From Flectonema sp. DT1601 (lineage: Eukaryota), in assembly GCA_964019425.1 (NCBI GenBank), contig OZ025787.1, positions 186,001 to 250,000 on the forward strand: 64,000 bases of DNA. Reading direction: 5' to 3'. The notes under the pieces were generated by a model. That model saw only the letters and a program-made list of their open reading frames with translations, was not told the DNA's origin and ran no database searches. Below are positions 38,412 to 49,268 of this stretch, in pieces. Position 1 is the stretch's first letter. Each line of letters opens with the position of its first letter. Made by a program: the position numbers and the translations under genes.

Positions 38412-39150
38412 CTGTACCAACCTGTTTGAGATGAAAAAAACAGTACTCCGATTGCTGAATACGCCTTTTTATAACAAAAAGAATGAAAAAAAGGCCAACC
38501 ACCCACATAAGATGCCAACCTGCTATTTAAAAAAATTATTATATAATTTTCTGTTGACCAATCCCTGATTATTTTATTGCTATAAGCTAGCGAAGTATTT
38601 ATAAGAATTCGAAATCACAAAGAAGGGGATCGGATGGGGGATTGCACAAAACAGGAAGGGATGGGAAGGGGATGGTTTTTACAACACGGGAGAGTGATGC
38701 AGAAAGAAGGGGGAGGGAAAACTATTCAAAACGAACTTATTCAGGCAGGGGAACATGGGAGGGGAGAAACTGATTACTTTGACCCCACCATTACAAAAAC
38801 ACCGTTAGTTCAATTGAAGGTATATTTTTGTATGGTAGGCAGGTGAGTTTCGTCCTCGTTTTTTTTTTTTTAAATTAAAAAAACTAGGACTTTTTCAGGA
38901 ACAAAAAAACGACGTAAGGAAAAGAAAAAAAACAGGTCTTCTACATGTTACAACCCTGTGCGGGACAAGCTGGTTGTACAAAAAGTAACAGCACACATTT
39001 CTATCACATATTCTGTTTAGTTTTTTTTTTTCTTTTTTTTTTTTTTTCGAGTCTCAGTCAAACCATCATCAAAACCGGACAACACATTTCCCACAAGACA
39101 GTTAGTGTACAACCGAACAAAGTCAAGTGCTACATTTATAGCAATTTATG

Positions 39151-39314
39151 TTTTTTTTTTTTTTTTTTTGTACCGACGAAGTCGGAGAAGAAAACTATTC
39201 AGATTAAGAGCCGTTTTATTTATTATGTCAAAATGTTATCTATTTCCCTGTGCCGCCAGTAATACTGTCTTCGATCAACATAATATATATAAGGCTTTAT
39301 ATGAAATGGTTTTT
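39151..39314 (-). mobile_element. Short fold-back MITE-like element, family A copy 2
   Basis: Inverted copy of 33808-33955; begins T-run + GTACCGACGAAGTCGG. Confidence 0.7.
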
Positions 39315-39329
39315 ATTTGTTTTTTCTAT

Positions 39330-39412
39330 GTACCGATGTAGTTAGAGAAGAAACTATTCGGATTGAAAGCCGTTATTCCTTATAGTCATATAAGGCTAAT
39401 CGAACGGTTTTT
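39330..39412 (-). mobile_element. Family A degenerate, internally deleted copy
   Basis: GTACCGATGTAGTTAGAGAAGAAACTATTCGGATTGAAAGCCGTT resembles 39170-39215, then an inverted arm TAAGGCTAATCGAACGGTTT. Confidence 0.6.
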
Positions 39413-39548
39413 TCTTTCTTTTTTTTTTCCCATGCAAGGCGCGTTCCCACTTTGCTGTTGGTTTATTTCTTCTTTCTTCTCTCCCTTTTAACACCGTTTT
39501 TCTAATTTTTTTTTTTTGTTGTTGTTGTGAACACATGCAGTTAAATCC

Positions 39549-39587
<39 letters not shown>

Positions 39588-40506
39588 CTGAAGGCATGCA
39601 GGACATACAACTTTGCAGTTAGTATGAGTTTTATTTGCTGCACACCCTCCGGCTGAAATAAGGTTTGCATACGAAAGAGTGGTTCGTGTGCTTTTTGTTG
39701 TATTCGCTGCTGGTCAACATCTAAATCTTTGCAAGGAAAAAAAAAGTTCCTCCCCCCCTCGGGTCGTTTCGTTTTTAACCTGTCTGACCAAGTCTAATCT
39801 AAAACATCCTTTCAAAAAAAACTGACGATGGGTAGTAGAGGGGATGGGAGTATTTAAGAAGAAAAAAAGACTTTTCAGGATACTGAGCACAATAAATTTA
39901 GAGGGAAAGGGATGAAAAAATAAAACAGTTTTTTTTTTTTAAATAGGGGGGACCCATCTCTGGAAAATACAGGTACCTCGATTCTTGACAAAAATTCCGG
40001 CACCTACCTGACCAATTTTGCCAATAGAACTCTGTTTTTCAGCTCATTCGTCGGATATACAGAGAGAGTTTCTTGAGTCGGGTACATGTCTTGAACTCAG
40101 CGGCTTCCAAAGAATAATCTTCGTGAAAGCATTTTCGCTGCCCTCATTTTTCGGCTGCTGAGAGATTCACCCTGCACGAACTTACTCTTCCGACTTGCCA
40201 GTGTTATTTGAGCAAGACGGTACGGGTTCCAGTGCATTGATCTGAAGTCAAAGTGGGACAACACTGTAAAAATACCCTCAATCGTGTCTGAATTACTCAT
40301 GTCAGGAAGTGCTTTAATGTTGATAAGTATTTATTTGTCGCAACAGGACGGGGCATCTGTAGGAGGACCCACAGACGCTTAACATGGATTTCACTCCAAA
40401 CGGACCGAGAATCAAAACTCACGCTGATTTTTTTGACTAAAAGCTGGCAGTTTGAAAAAATAAATTTTTTCAAGAAAAAGGGGGGTGATGGGCCCCTTAT
40501 TACCGA

Positions 40507-40540
<34 letters not shown>

Positions 40541-41516
40541 AAAAATTAAAAAAGAGAACGAGGGGGAACAAACAACAAACAAATATAAGTGTTTCTTTTT
40601 TTTTTTTTTTTTTTTTTCTATAAAAAAGAAAATATCCGTGCCAATCGTATACAAGCGTTTCCAGGTGTAACAATATTAGCGTACAAAAGGAGTATTGTGT
40701 TTACAAGGCGGTTTTTTTTTCGCCCTCCTCAGCGTGAACAGAATAATGTCTCACCCGTTTGATGAAAAAAAAGAAAGAAAAAATCCACACAAGCGGACGA
40801 CTTTGAACAAAAGTGAACCGAAAAAGGGAAAGAATAGTAAAATCAAAGTCGCAATCATATTATCAGCCTTACAAAAGTCCGGCTTTAAAATGCATGCGAT
40901 CGACATATAAGAAAAAAACTTATAAGAGGTTTGCTTATGACCACTGAAGTCGAACACCAACTCCAGGAAAGGGCATATTGTGAATAGAACCCAACCAAGT
41001 CAATGAATTTATATATAATACCGACCTGCATGTAGAAGAGGAAATGCGATAGTTAATTAACCTCCAGCCACACACAGGAGACTTGATACATGTTTAAAGA
41101 CAATATAGCAGTCTATATTGTCGGCATGTAAAGAGGGAAAAAAACAGAGAGGGTGGAAAACCAATGTTTTTTATAAAAACGCTGGTTTGTATTTTTTTTT
41201 TTTGATTACAATACGAAGGCACGGTTGACTACAACATTAACATCGAATTGCTGTTGTTTGTTTTTTTTTTTTTTTTTTTTTTTTAATTGAAGAAAACAGT
41301 TTTCAGTTTTTTCTGTTAGTGACTTCTTTCTTGTCAAGTTACTAGTTCCAGAAACACACAACAGACACCACAACAAGCTCTACACTACTAATATAGTCAA
41401 CAGGCAGACACAGTAATATCTCCACTTACATATAAGTGAATTAAAATTTTTTTGACGCTCTGAATATCATGCAGAGAGAACTTTGTTACATTATTTTAAT
41501 TTTAATTTTTTTTTAT

Positions 41517-41547
<31 letters not shown>

Positions 41548-42031
41548 CAATAAAAGAACAACAGTGAGCAAAAAAAAAATACGCGAAAACCATCATGGAG
41601 AGAACTTTGTTGCCCAAGCTCTCTACACATGAAAGTTATATTTTCGGAGACGTGCAGACGCTTCCAGTGTCCGATTATGTGCCTATTAAAAGCGACAAGA
41701 ACCCGTAATTTATACAGAATTCGTGGTTATCGTGGAGGAAATGTACTCGATATCTGCGAACGAAATTTGGGCAGGGAAGGGAAAATTCTTTTTTTTTTTT
41801 TTTTTTTCTTATTATAAAAGGATTCTATTATTTATTAATTGGAATTGCAGGCCAGTGAATAATTATTTTCAGCCACTGTTATCAATCCAACCAGTGTTGA
41901 TTGAGCCTGCATCTCCTGCAAGAAATGTTAAAGTGAACTTGTCCTAAACTAGTCAGAATATCATCTAATTGACTACCCTCATTGGGATAGTTTTCTGGTA
42001 TAGAAATTTTCCATCCGTGTATGTAGTATGA

Positions 42032-43954
42032 TTACAATTGTGCAGCAACTAACTCTTCTAAGTCTTCGAAGGAGAGATCACTGTCGTTGCAGCTGAAACC
42101 TTTCAGTCCATTAGTCTCATTAGTCATCAACGCAGAGAGTAATCTTTCTCTCTCTTGATGAATATTAACATGAGGAACTGGATCAGTAACTAAAGGAATA
42201 TCTTGTTCTGGAATCCTTAATTCAATTACTTCCCTAACAGGACTAAGAGATTCCATTCTAGGAGAGGTTTGGTTGACGAGAACTCGTCTGATAGTCGGAG
42301 CGGATTTCACACTTGACAAAGAGTCTCCTGGGTTTGCTCCTTCATATCTCCGAGCTAATGTCGGCATCCTCCTCGCTCCATAATTGCTGTGGAAATTGTT
42401 TCCACTGCTCAGAGTCCTACCAGGTGCTGTTTGAACACTTGACAGCGAACAAGAAGGGTCTGCATTTGGATCGACATGTCTCAGAAGGACGGGTTTCCTG
42501 ACTGAACTTCCTCCTCCAGAAGGTCTTCGCTGTTGATGAGTGTTGTTACTTCTGCCTCTTGAAATAGGAATTCCCACCTCCCGCAGGGGAATTAGAGGTC
42601 TAGATGCTCTCTGTGGTGAAACCCTGCAGGAATGCGAGTGACCAGACCGTTTCTGTGACGGAGCTCTACGCGTAGGAGTGTTACTGCGACGTTCACTCTG
42701 ATTGTTAGCAAAGTTACGGCGAACACTTTGAACCATCTGCGCTTCCGCTTTTGAAAGATAACCGCCTGGTGAGACTCCCCGTCCCTTTCTCTTTGCTGGA
42801 GTAGTTGTAGTTGCTGAAGGTGCCGAATGATTTGCCGTTGCGGAGCGGTGTCGAGAAGGCACACTTGTTGGGATAGCTCGTGGTACGTGACCCCTCACTT
42901 GAGCAGCCTTAGCAGTGATATTATTACTAGTTGATGAATTAGTTGATGCCGTAGCAGCAGCAATACTACTGGACTGCGTGTGTTGAGCAAAGTGACGAGA
43001 AGTATGTGAGGGAACACTCGATGATGACAACGTCTGAGTACCTGGAGCAGCACTCGAAGACGCTTGCCTCTTAGCTGCTGTTGAAGAAGATGAGGAGGGA
43101 ACTGGAGAGCCTGCCTTGGCCATCAACAATTCGATTTGCTTTCTTAGAACGCTATCACCTGGTGGAAGTGTACTGTAGACATGACGAAGTCCAGCAACGA
43201 CGTCATTTAATTGGTCACGAGCTGAAGAAGAGGAGGAGGATGGCTTCGCGTGTTCAGCGCTGCTACTGGTAACAGTTGACAGACTACGAGGGCTGTCCTG
43301 ACGAAGTCGATTATGAATTTGTTGAAGAGCTGGGTCAGTATCAGAAGTACGAGCTGTATAGACTGGTGAACATAAATCATCATCACTTCTGGGAGTCAGT
43401 GACACACTTTGATTTGTAGGAAGGGGTAGGGCGGGAACAGACGTGTCAGCGAGTTTTTGATAATCGCGTCTCCTTTCAGGTGGCTGATAATCCATTCTTA
43501 ATGACCGCGATGCGAGAGAAGCTTGCGAAAGAGATGCTGCTGATGAAGTAACCTGACGAGACTGAGACTGTCTGACTTCAGAAGGTAAATCATGAAGCTC
43601 TACTTCAAGACAAACACAACCAACTTTAATACCGTCATAGTTTATAAAATCTAACCACTTATAGTCAGTCCATGGTTTACGTAGATCTGTTCTGCACTCA
43701 CCTTCAATAGTTCCATCTTCACGTGCAAGAGAGAGTTCTAACATTCTACCGACTGATGTCTGCTCATCCCACATGAAACTAAATTGACTACCCCAGTATG
43801 AGTCTACACCATCAAGAATCTCTGTGCTTCCTTCTTGGCCATTTACACCAGTCGTGACGCAGACCTCATCAATTAAATCTTCTCTCAAGTGCCGAACTTC
43901 AACAACAGTGACAACGGCCTTCCCTGACCCTCTCCCATCTGGGGGAGGGTGCAT
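42032..43954 (-). CDS. C2-domain protein with long Ser/Arg-rich disordered tail
   Basis: N-terminal VTVVEVRHL...T......W...FSF...LELSL...G...DL...W...G.V.LEVEL fits a C2 fold; 640-aa ORF. Confidence 0.75.
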   Translation of the reverse strand: MHPPPDGRGSGKAVVTVVEVRHLREDLIDEVCVTTGVNGQEGSTEILDGVDSYWGSQFSFMWDEQTSVGRMLELSLAREDGTIEGECRTDLRKPWTDYKWLDFINYDGIKVGCVCLEVELHDLPSEVRQSQSRQVTSSAASLSQASLASRSLRMDYQPPERRRDYQKLADTSVPALPLPTNQSVSLTPRSDDDLCSPVYTARTSDTDPALQQIHNRLRQDSPRSLSTVTSSSAEHAKPSSSSSSARDQLNDVVAGLRHVYSTLPPGDSVLRKQIELLMAKAGSPVPSSSSSTAAKRQASSSAAPGTQTLSSSSVPSHTSRHFAQHTQSSSIAAATASTNSSTSNNITAKAAQVRGHVPRAIPTSVPSRHRSATANHSAPSATTTTPAKRKGRGVSPGGYLSKAEAQMVQSVRRNFANNQSERRSNTPTRRAPSQKRSGHSHSCRVSPQRASRPLIPLREVGIPISRGRSNNTHQQRRPSGGGSSVRKPVLLRHVDPNADPSCSLSSVQTAPGRTLSSGNNFHSNYGARRMPTLARRYEGANPGDSLSSVKSAPTIRRVLVNQTSPRMESLSPVREVIELRIPEQDIPLVTDPVPHVNIHQERERLLSALMTNETNGLKGFSCNDSDLSFEDLEELVAAQL

Positions 43955-44521
43955 TTGATTCTTGCTTTGGTAGTAACGTAGTGCGATACCTGAGAAGGAA
44001 GTAATAATTTAAGACAAAAAAAACAAAAAAAAGAACAAAAAAAAATGTGTAACGTACATAAATCCTATCTGGGAAAACTGATTTCATAATATAAAAAGTA
44101 ATAATCATTCATAAAAATGCTGCGATCACATTGACGCAAACTTAATATTTATAATAAGAAACTCATATCTATCGAATTTAAGGAATTATAGAAAAAGAGA
44201 GGGAGAGAGAGAGAAAACGATGTTTTTTTCTGTTTTATTCTTTCCTTTCCTTTTCTTTTTTTTTTCCCTAAATCCCTTTTTATTAAGTCACCACTACCGA
44301 CGTAGCAGCTTACAATATTATGTTACTTGAATTGCTTAGTAACAAATAGAAAAAAATACATTTAAAAAAAAAAAAAAAAAAAAATAGTAAATATTTTTTA
44401 ATAAGACATATTTTTATTTAAAAAAAGAAGAAACAAATAACAAGGAACACAGACGGTTCCTTTGATACAGTGTAGCCAGGTTACAATTAGCAAAGCTAAT
44501 TCAGGCAAGCTATTTTTTTAA

Positions 44522-46681
44522 TTATAACAGTGGTGACTTCAAATTCATCGAGTCAGCAGCTGAGTTTTGAGCTGGTGTCCCTTCAATGTACTCATGAGAA
44601 GACTGATCAGCTGGGTTGGTTAAAGTTTTTTTTTTTTTTTTTTTTTTCCTCGACCTAATTTAAAAACATAAAAACAAAACATACTGACAGTACTAATAGA
44701 TTCCTTAATCTGATCATCGTACTGTTCCTGAATTGAAGGACTTTCGTGACCTGCAGAAGTTGGAGATGCCTGCTCAATATTATTTCTCGGAGAGTAAACA
44801 GAGCTGTCGGACAACAATTGATCTGATGCTGATGGTGATGGTGTTGGTAATCTCACTTTAGAATTAGGTGATGAAGTACCACTGCCTCTAAATATAATAT
44901 CATAGTGACCCCTTGCTGAACCAGTTGCAGCATATGACCTGTTGTTGGTTGTTGGTTATTGTTATAATTTATGACACAAAACAGAACTAAAACTCAACGT
45001 ACCGTTTTATCGCTTCGAGGGTGAGACCCATGTCGGGATGCTGGCCGAGGGTTTTGCATAGTGATTTCCAATCTTCAATTGTCATGGTTACTCCTTTAGC
45101 TTTACGACCCCAGTAAAGAGCTTCAGTGTAGTTCCAATAGCCATCATGATCTTCATCAATACGAGCGAATAAGTCCTCAATCAGAGATTCTTCTTCACCT
45201 TCTAAGAAACGAGTTTCACATCTTGCTGAAGGACTTCTTGTTGGCTTTCTCGGATTCACTAATTCTTCTCTTGGAGCTGCGATACTCCAATTGGGTTTGC
45301 GGTTGGGTCCTCGCCGTTGCTGAGGAGCTTTCAAAACCTTCCCCGCCTGATAAGATCGAGTTGGGATTAGTAAATGGTTGTCTTCTTCTATTGAGGTTCT
45401 CTTTTTCTGTGGCCTCGGCAGGTTGGGAGGAGGAGTTGATATCGCACGAGATGCCATCCTGGGCCCGTGTCTAGCGTGGGCTTCAACGTAGTCAAAGTTC
45501 CCCGACTTCGTGTGTTTGAAGTAATTTGGTTGATAGCGGTACTGAGCAGCAACACGAATCTCATCCTCTTCGCGCATTTGACGAGCAATTTCAGTAGCGG
45601 TAGCCTTTCGTTGTTTTGAATCCATTCCTCGAACGTAAAGTCGATCCCACTGAGACCTTCCGTCAGCAGATGCCGCACGAAATCGTGGTCTTGGACTACC
45701 ACCTCTGCTAGTTCTACTTGCCCTACTAATTGGTGTTGCAGATCCAGGTCGATAAAAGCTATGACTACTCACAGGTGTTGGACTATTTCTCATCATTGGA
45801 CTCGGACTCACGGATCCCCTCCTCCTCCTACCTGGTGATGGTAACCTCGCTGACCGATCGATTTCAACGGGAGCAAACCTACTCCCAACTGGCCAACTTG
45901 ACCACGTCGGAAGTGCGTAGTTCGGAGTGTCTTTTCTAACACCAGTAGTCGCATGAACACAATAATCAGAAACAACTTTAACAGGACTATCTCCCATACC
46001 TCTACAAGGTGAACCATGTGAATGAGTCTTACCACAGGTACAGGTTAGACTACTGTTGACTTGTGTGTGGATAGATGACTTCTGTTGAGACCTTGACCCC
46101 TTTACTTGAGTACTTACATCTCGTTGATGATCAGGTGAAGGAGTTCGTAGAGGATTAGAAAGTACATCATCATATTGATCAGAGTATCTAATAACAGGTG
46201 ATGGTGAGTTAGTATATTCATTAACTGTACGAGAGAAGAGTTGAACGTTCACAGAGTTGTCATTTAGTCTACGAGAACGAGATGGAGAGATATCAATTTC
46301 AAGAAGTTCGCGAAGGGAGGGAGAGCTTCGAACTGGAGATCTACCTGACCTCGAGTTTTGATGAGTTCGTTGATGAGTTCGTTGATTTGTATCATTTGAA
46401 GTTTGTTTTCCTAATCTCCTTATTGGAGATCCCTCATCATCACTATTACTCATCATTGTAAACATTGGATCACTAACAAGTGATTGATCAACACTATCAC
46501 TTGATGTCAGACCAGGGGGTGCTGATTCTAACAATTCTTTAAAAAGATGACTCGGCTGCATGTCTTTCCTTTTCCTCATCACTTCTTGTAGCAGTGATAC
46601 CCTCTGTCGTAGATCTTTGACTTTACTGCGAGCACCACTACCACCGCCATTCTGTACGGGTGTCGCCCATCTGCGTGACAT
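44522..46681 (-). CDS. Ser/Pro/Arg-rich protein with C-terminal EF-hand; 3 exons (46681-45003, 44938-44685, 44610-44522)
   Basis: EF-hand loop LFARIDEDHDGYWNYTE. GT-AG introns 44939-45002 and 44611-44684 keep the frame open. Confidence 0.8.
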
Positions 46682-47237
46682 CTCCTGATTAAAAATAAAA
46701 TATTATCACTTTTTTTTTTTTTTCTTTTTTTTCCTCCACTTAACACCCTCAGAGACGTTCGTTAATAAAACAACTTAAAGATGTTGTTTTTCACAGGGAG
46801 GGTGGATAAAACAAAAGAAACTCTACCAAAAATTTGAACAATAAAAAAGAATATTTGGGAGAATTACAACATATAAAAAACTGATTACGGAATGGTTATC
46901 ACGTGTAATCATGTAATAATCATTGATGCTCTATCCCGAGAATTTCAAATTAAAGTAAATAATGTTCCTTTCATAAAAAGGAACGCAAACACAAATGCTA
47001 AAGTTAAGCTACCGCAATAAAGGTAGGTCTTTTCGAACAGAAAATAATCAGCCGGTGAAAGTGGGAAAGATTGGTTTTTATTTATTTATTTTTATCGTTT
47101 ATTTTAAAAAACAGTAAGAACCAGCCTTTCTGTCCCACTGCTAAGTGGGTTTTCAGGCCGACCCGAACCGTGACGTTACTTGGAGAGAGAAAGAAAAAAA
47201 ATACCTAAAAGATTTAGGAAGTCTTGCTAGTAATAAA

Positions 47238-48731
47238 CTACTCAGACTTTGTACAAAGTGGTGCTGCAAAACCTCCGTTTGCATCGGCTACTTCCTTCAG
47301 TGGTTTACAATTGTCATATCCTCCTGAAGAGTTTGTTTGGAACTGACCAGCGGCGTATTGTTCCATCTTTTTTTTCATTGCCTGAAGTCTTTGTGGGTAC
47401 TTTACTGATAATTCATTTCTTTCGTATGGATCCATTGCGATGTTGAATAGACATCCGTCAACTGGACACCCTGGATCTGGTGTCACAGGAGTGTGGTCGT
47501 TGTCAATTGGCCAAACTGGGCCTGTCCAGTACCCACATCCTTGACCGTTGCATTGGTTGCTAATTTGTCCAGTAACGTATTTCCAATCCCCATCAATGTA
47601 GGAATCTTTTGAAAGAACGATGTCTGCTCCAACCGGACGAGTTACATTTGGAGTTGTGAAGTAACTGCGAAGATCGATACCATCAGTTGGAGGAAGACCT
47701 TCAACAACATCACCACATTCTTCTAATGTTTGTCCTGACATCATACATAATGACATGTGTAAGTCAGCAATATGCCATGATGAGTTTATTGTTGTTCCTT
47801 TAAGTTCTGGTGATAGCTTACCTCCAGAAGCGAATGCTGCTACTCGAACACCACCTTCGAAATCAGTTCCCTTACCTCCTCTAAATGGATAATTATTAGC
47901 ATTAGTGAACTGTGGCCCTCCATTGTCAGATGACCACATCATGAAAGTTTCATTCCACATTCCTCTAGCTTTAAGGGCTCTAGTGACGTTCATGGTGGCT
48001 TCAGCAATGCAACTGACCATGGCCTGGATGACTCTACGAGGTCCATAGTCTACTGTTGGATCTTCATACTGCGGACGATCTTCAAAAGGTCCGTGGACAT
48101 CATGAAATGGTAAATAAAGAAATAAAGGAGTACTCGGATCGTGATTCATAATAATATCAACAGCTTGCTGCGCATATAAGAAGCACGAATAGGTACCATT
48201 ACGACCATAGGCAGGGCCATGGTTATTCCAAAGGTCAACATATTGTTTTGTTTCATATGACCTTTGAGTATTATGATCTTCACCACCTGATAAGAATCCC
48301 AAATGGTAATCAAATCCTCTGTTGATTGGAAGATTTGCATTACTTCTGGCACCGCAATGCCATTTTCCTACCATCGTTGTTTTGTATCCAACCTTCTTCA
48401 GCTTTTCTGGTAGCAACTTCATTCTTAAGTCGATACCACCAACAACACCAACACCCTTCGGGTTATCTTGATTCACATGAAGGGGGAACCTTCCACTTAG
48501 AAAACTACTTCTTGTTGGGCTGCAGAACTTAAAAGTGTAGAACTTGTCAAATATAGCTGCCTCTGATCTAACAAACTCCGTGAGTCCATCATTCTTTGTC
48601 TGGTCAGGGTTGTACCACGGAACGTTATATCTTCCCAAGTCATCAACCAAAGCAACTACCATGTGCGGAGGGTTAGCCGCAGCGGTAGTGGCTCCCAGCA
48701 GTAGGAGCAAAGCATTTCTTACGAACACCAT
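47238..48731 (-). CDS. Arylsulfatase (family S1, ARSB-like), secreted/lysosomal
   Basis: Signal peptide, LVDDLG, formylglycine motif CSPTRSSFLSGR, GYKTTMVGKWHCG, SSDNGG, NYPFRGGK..FEGGVRV. Confidence 0.95.
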   Translation of the reverse strand: MVFVRNALLLLLGATTAAANPPHMVVALVDDLGRYNVPWYNPDQTKNDGLTEFVRSEAAIFDKFYTFKFCSPTRSSFLSGRFPLHVNQDNPKGVGVVGGIDLRMKLLPEKLKKVGYKTTMVGKWHCGARSNANLPINRGFDYHLGFLSGGEDHNTQRSYETKQYVDLWNNHGPAYGRNGTYSCFLYAQQAVDIIMNHDPSTPLFLYLPFHDVHGPFEDRPQYEDPTVDYGPRRVIQAMVSCIAEATMNVTRALKARGMWNETFMMWSSDNGGPQFTNANNYPFRGGKGTDFEGGVRVAAFASGGKLSPELKGTTINSSWHIADLHMSLCMMSGQTLEECGDVVEGLPPTDGIDLRSYFTTPNVTRPVGADIVLSKDSYIDGDWKYVTGQISNQCNGQGCGYWTGPVWPIDNDHTPVTPDPGCPVDGCLFNIAMDPYERNELSVKYPQRLQAMKKKMEQYAAGQFQTNSSGGYDNCKPLKEVADANGGFAAPLCTKSE

Positions 48732-49268
48732 TTCCTGAACAAAAAAAAAAAAAATTATTACACCGCAAAGCGACTCGTCATCACCCTCCATGTTATTACA
48801 TTTTACGTATGCTGGTTAGGACGATAAATGTGATACAAATATCATTCACAATATAAGATACTTAACATCTACTAAGTAAGTACCTTAGGGCAATATAAGA
48901 CGGATTCGATCTAAACAATATTATTACTTTTGCTAAATTCAATTTGAGGCATAAAACTAAACATGAAAACCATTTCTTTTCTTTCTTTCTTTGTTTAGGA
49001 AATCATGTTTCTTTTCTAATTTGAACGTGTCTCAGATTTTGTCTAATCGTGAGAATACTAAGAAACAGAAATAACGGGAAAAAAAAGGAAATAACAGAAC
49101 AGAGCGTTTGTGTTTGCGTTTGTAAAACAGAAAATTGATTTTCGTTAGATTGGCAGCGAGAAGCATCTGAAGAACAACTACTGATTTTCGAAAAAAGAAA
49201 AAAAAAAAAGAATATCTATTAAACGCCATTGCGTTATACTTCTATTTTATAATTTAAAAAAAAAAATA

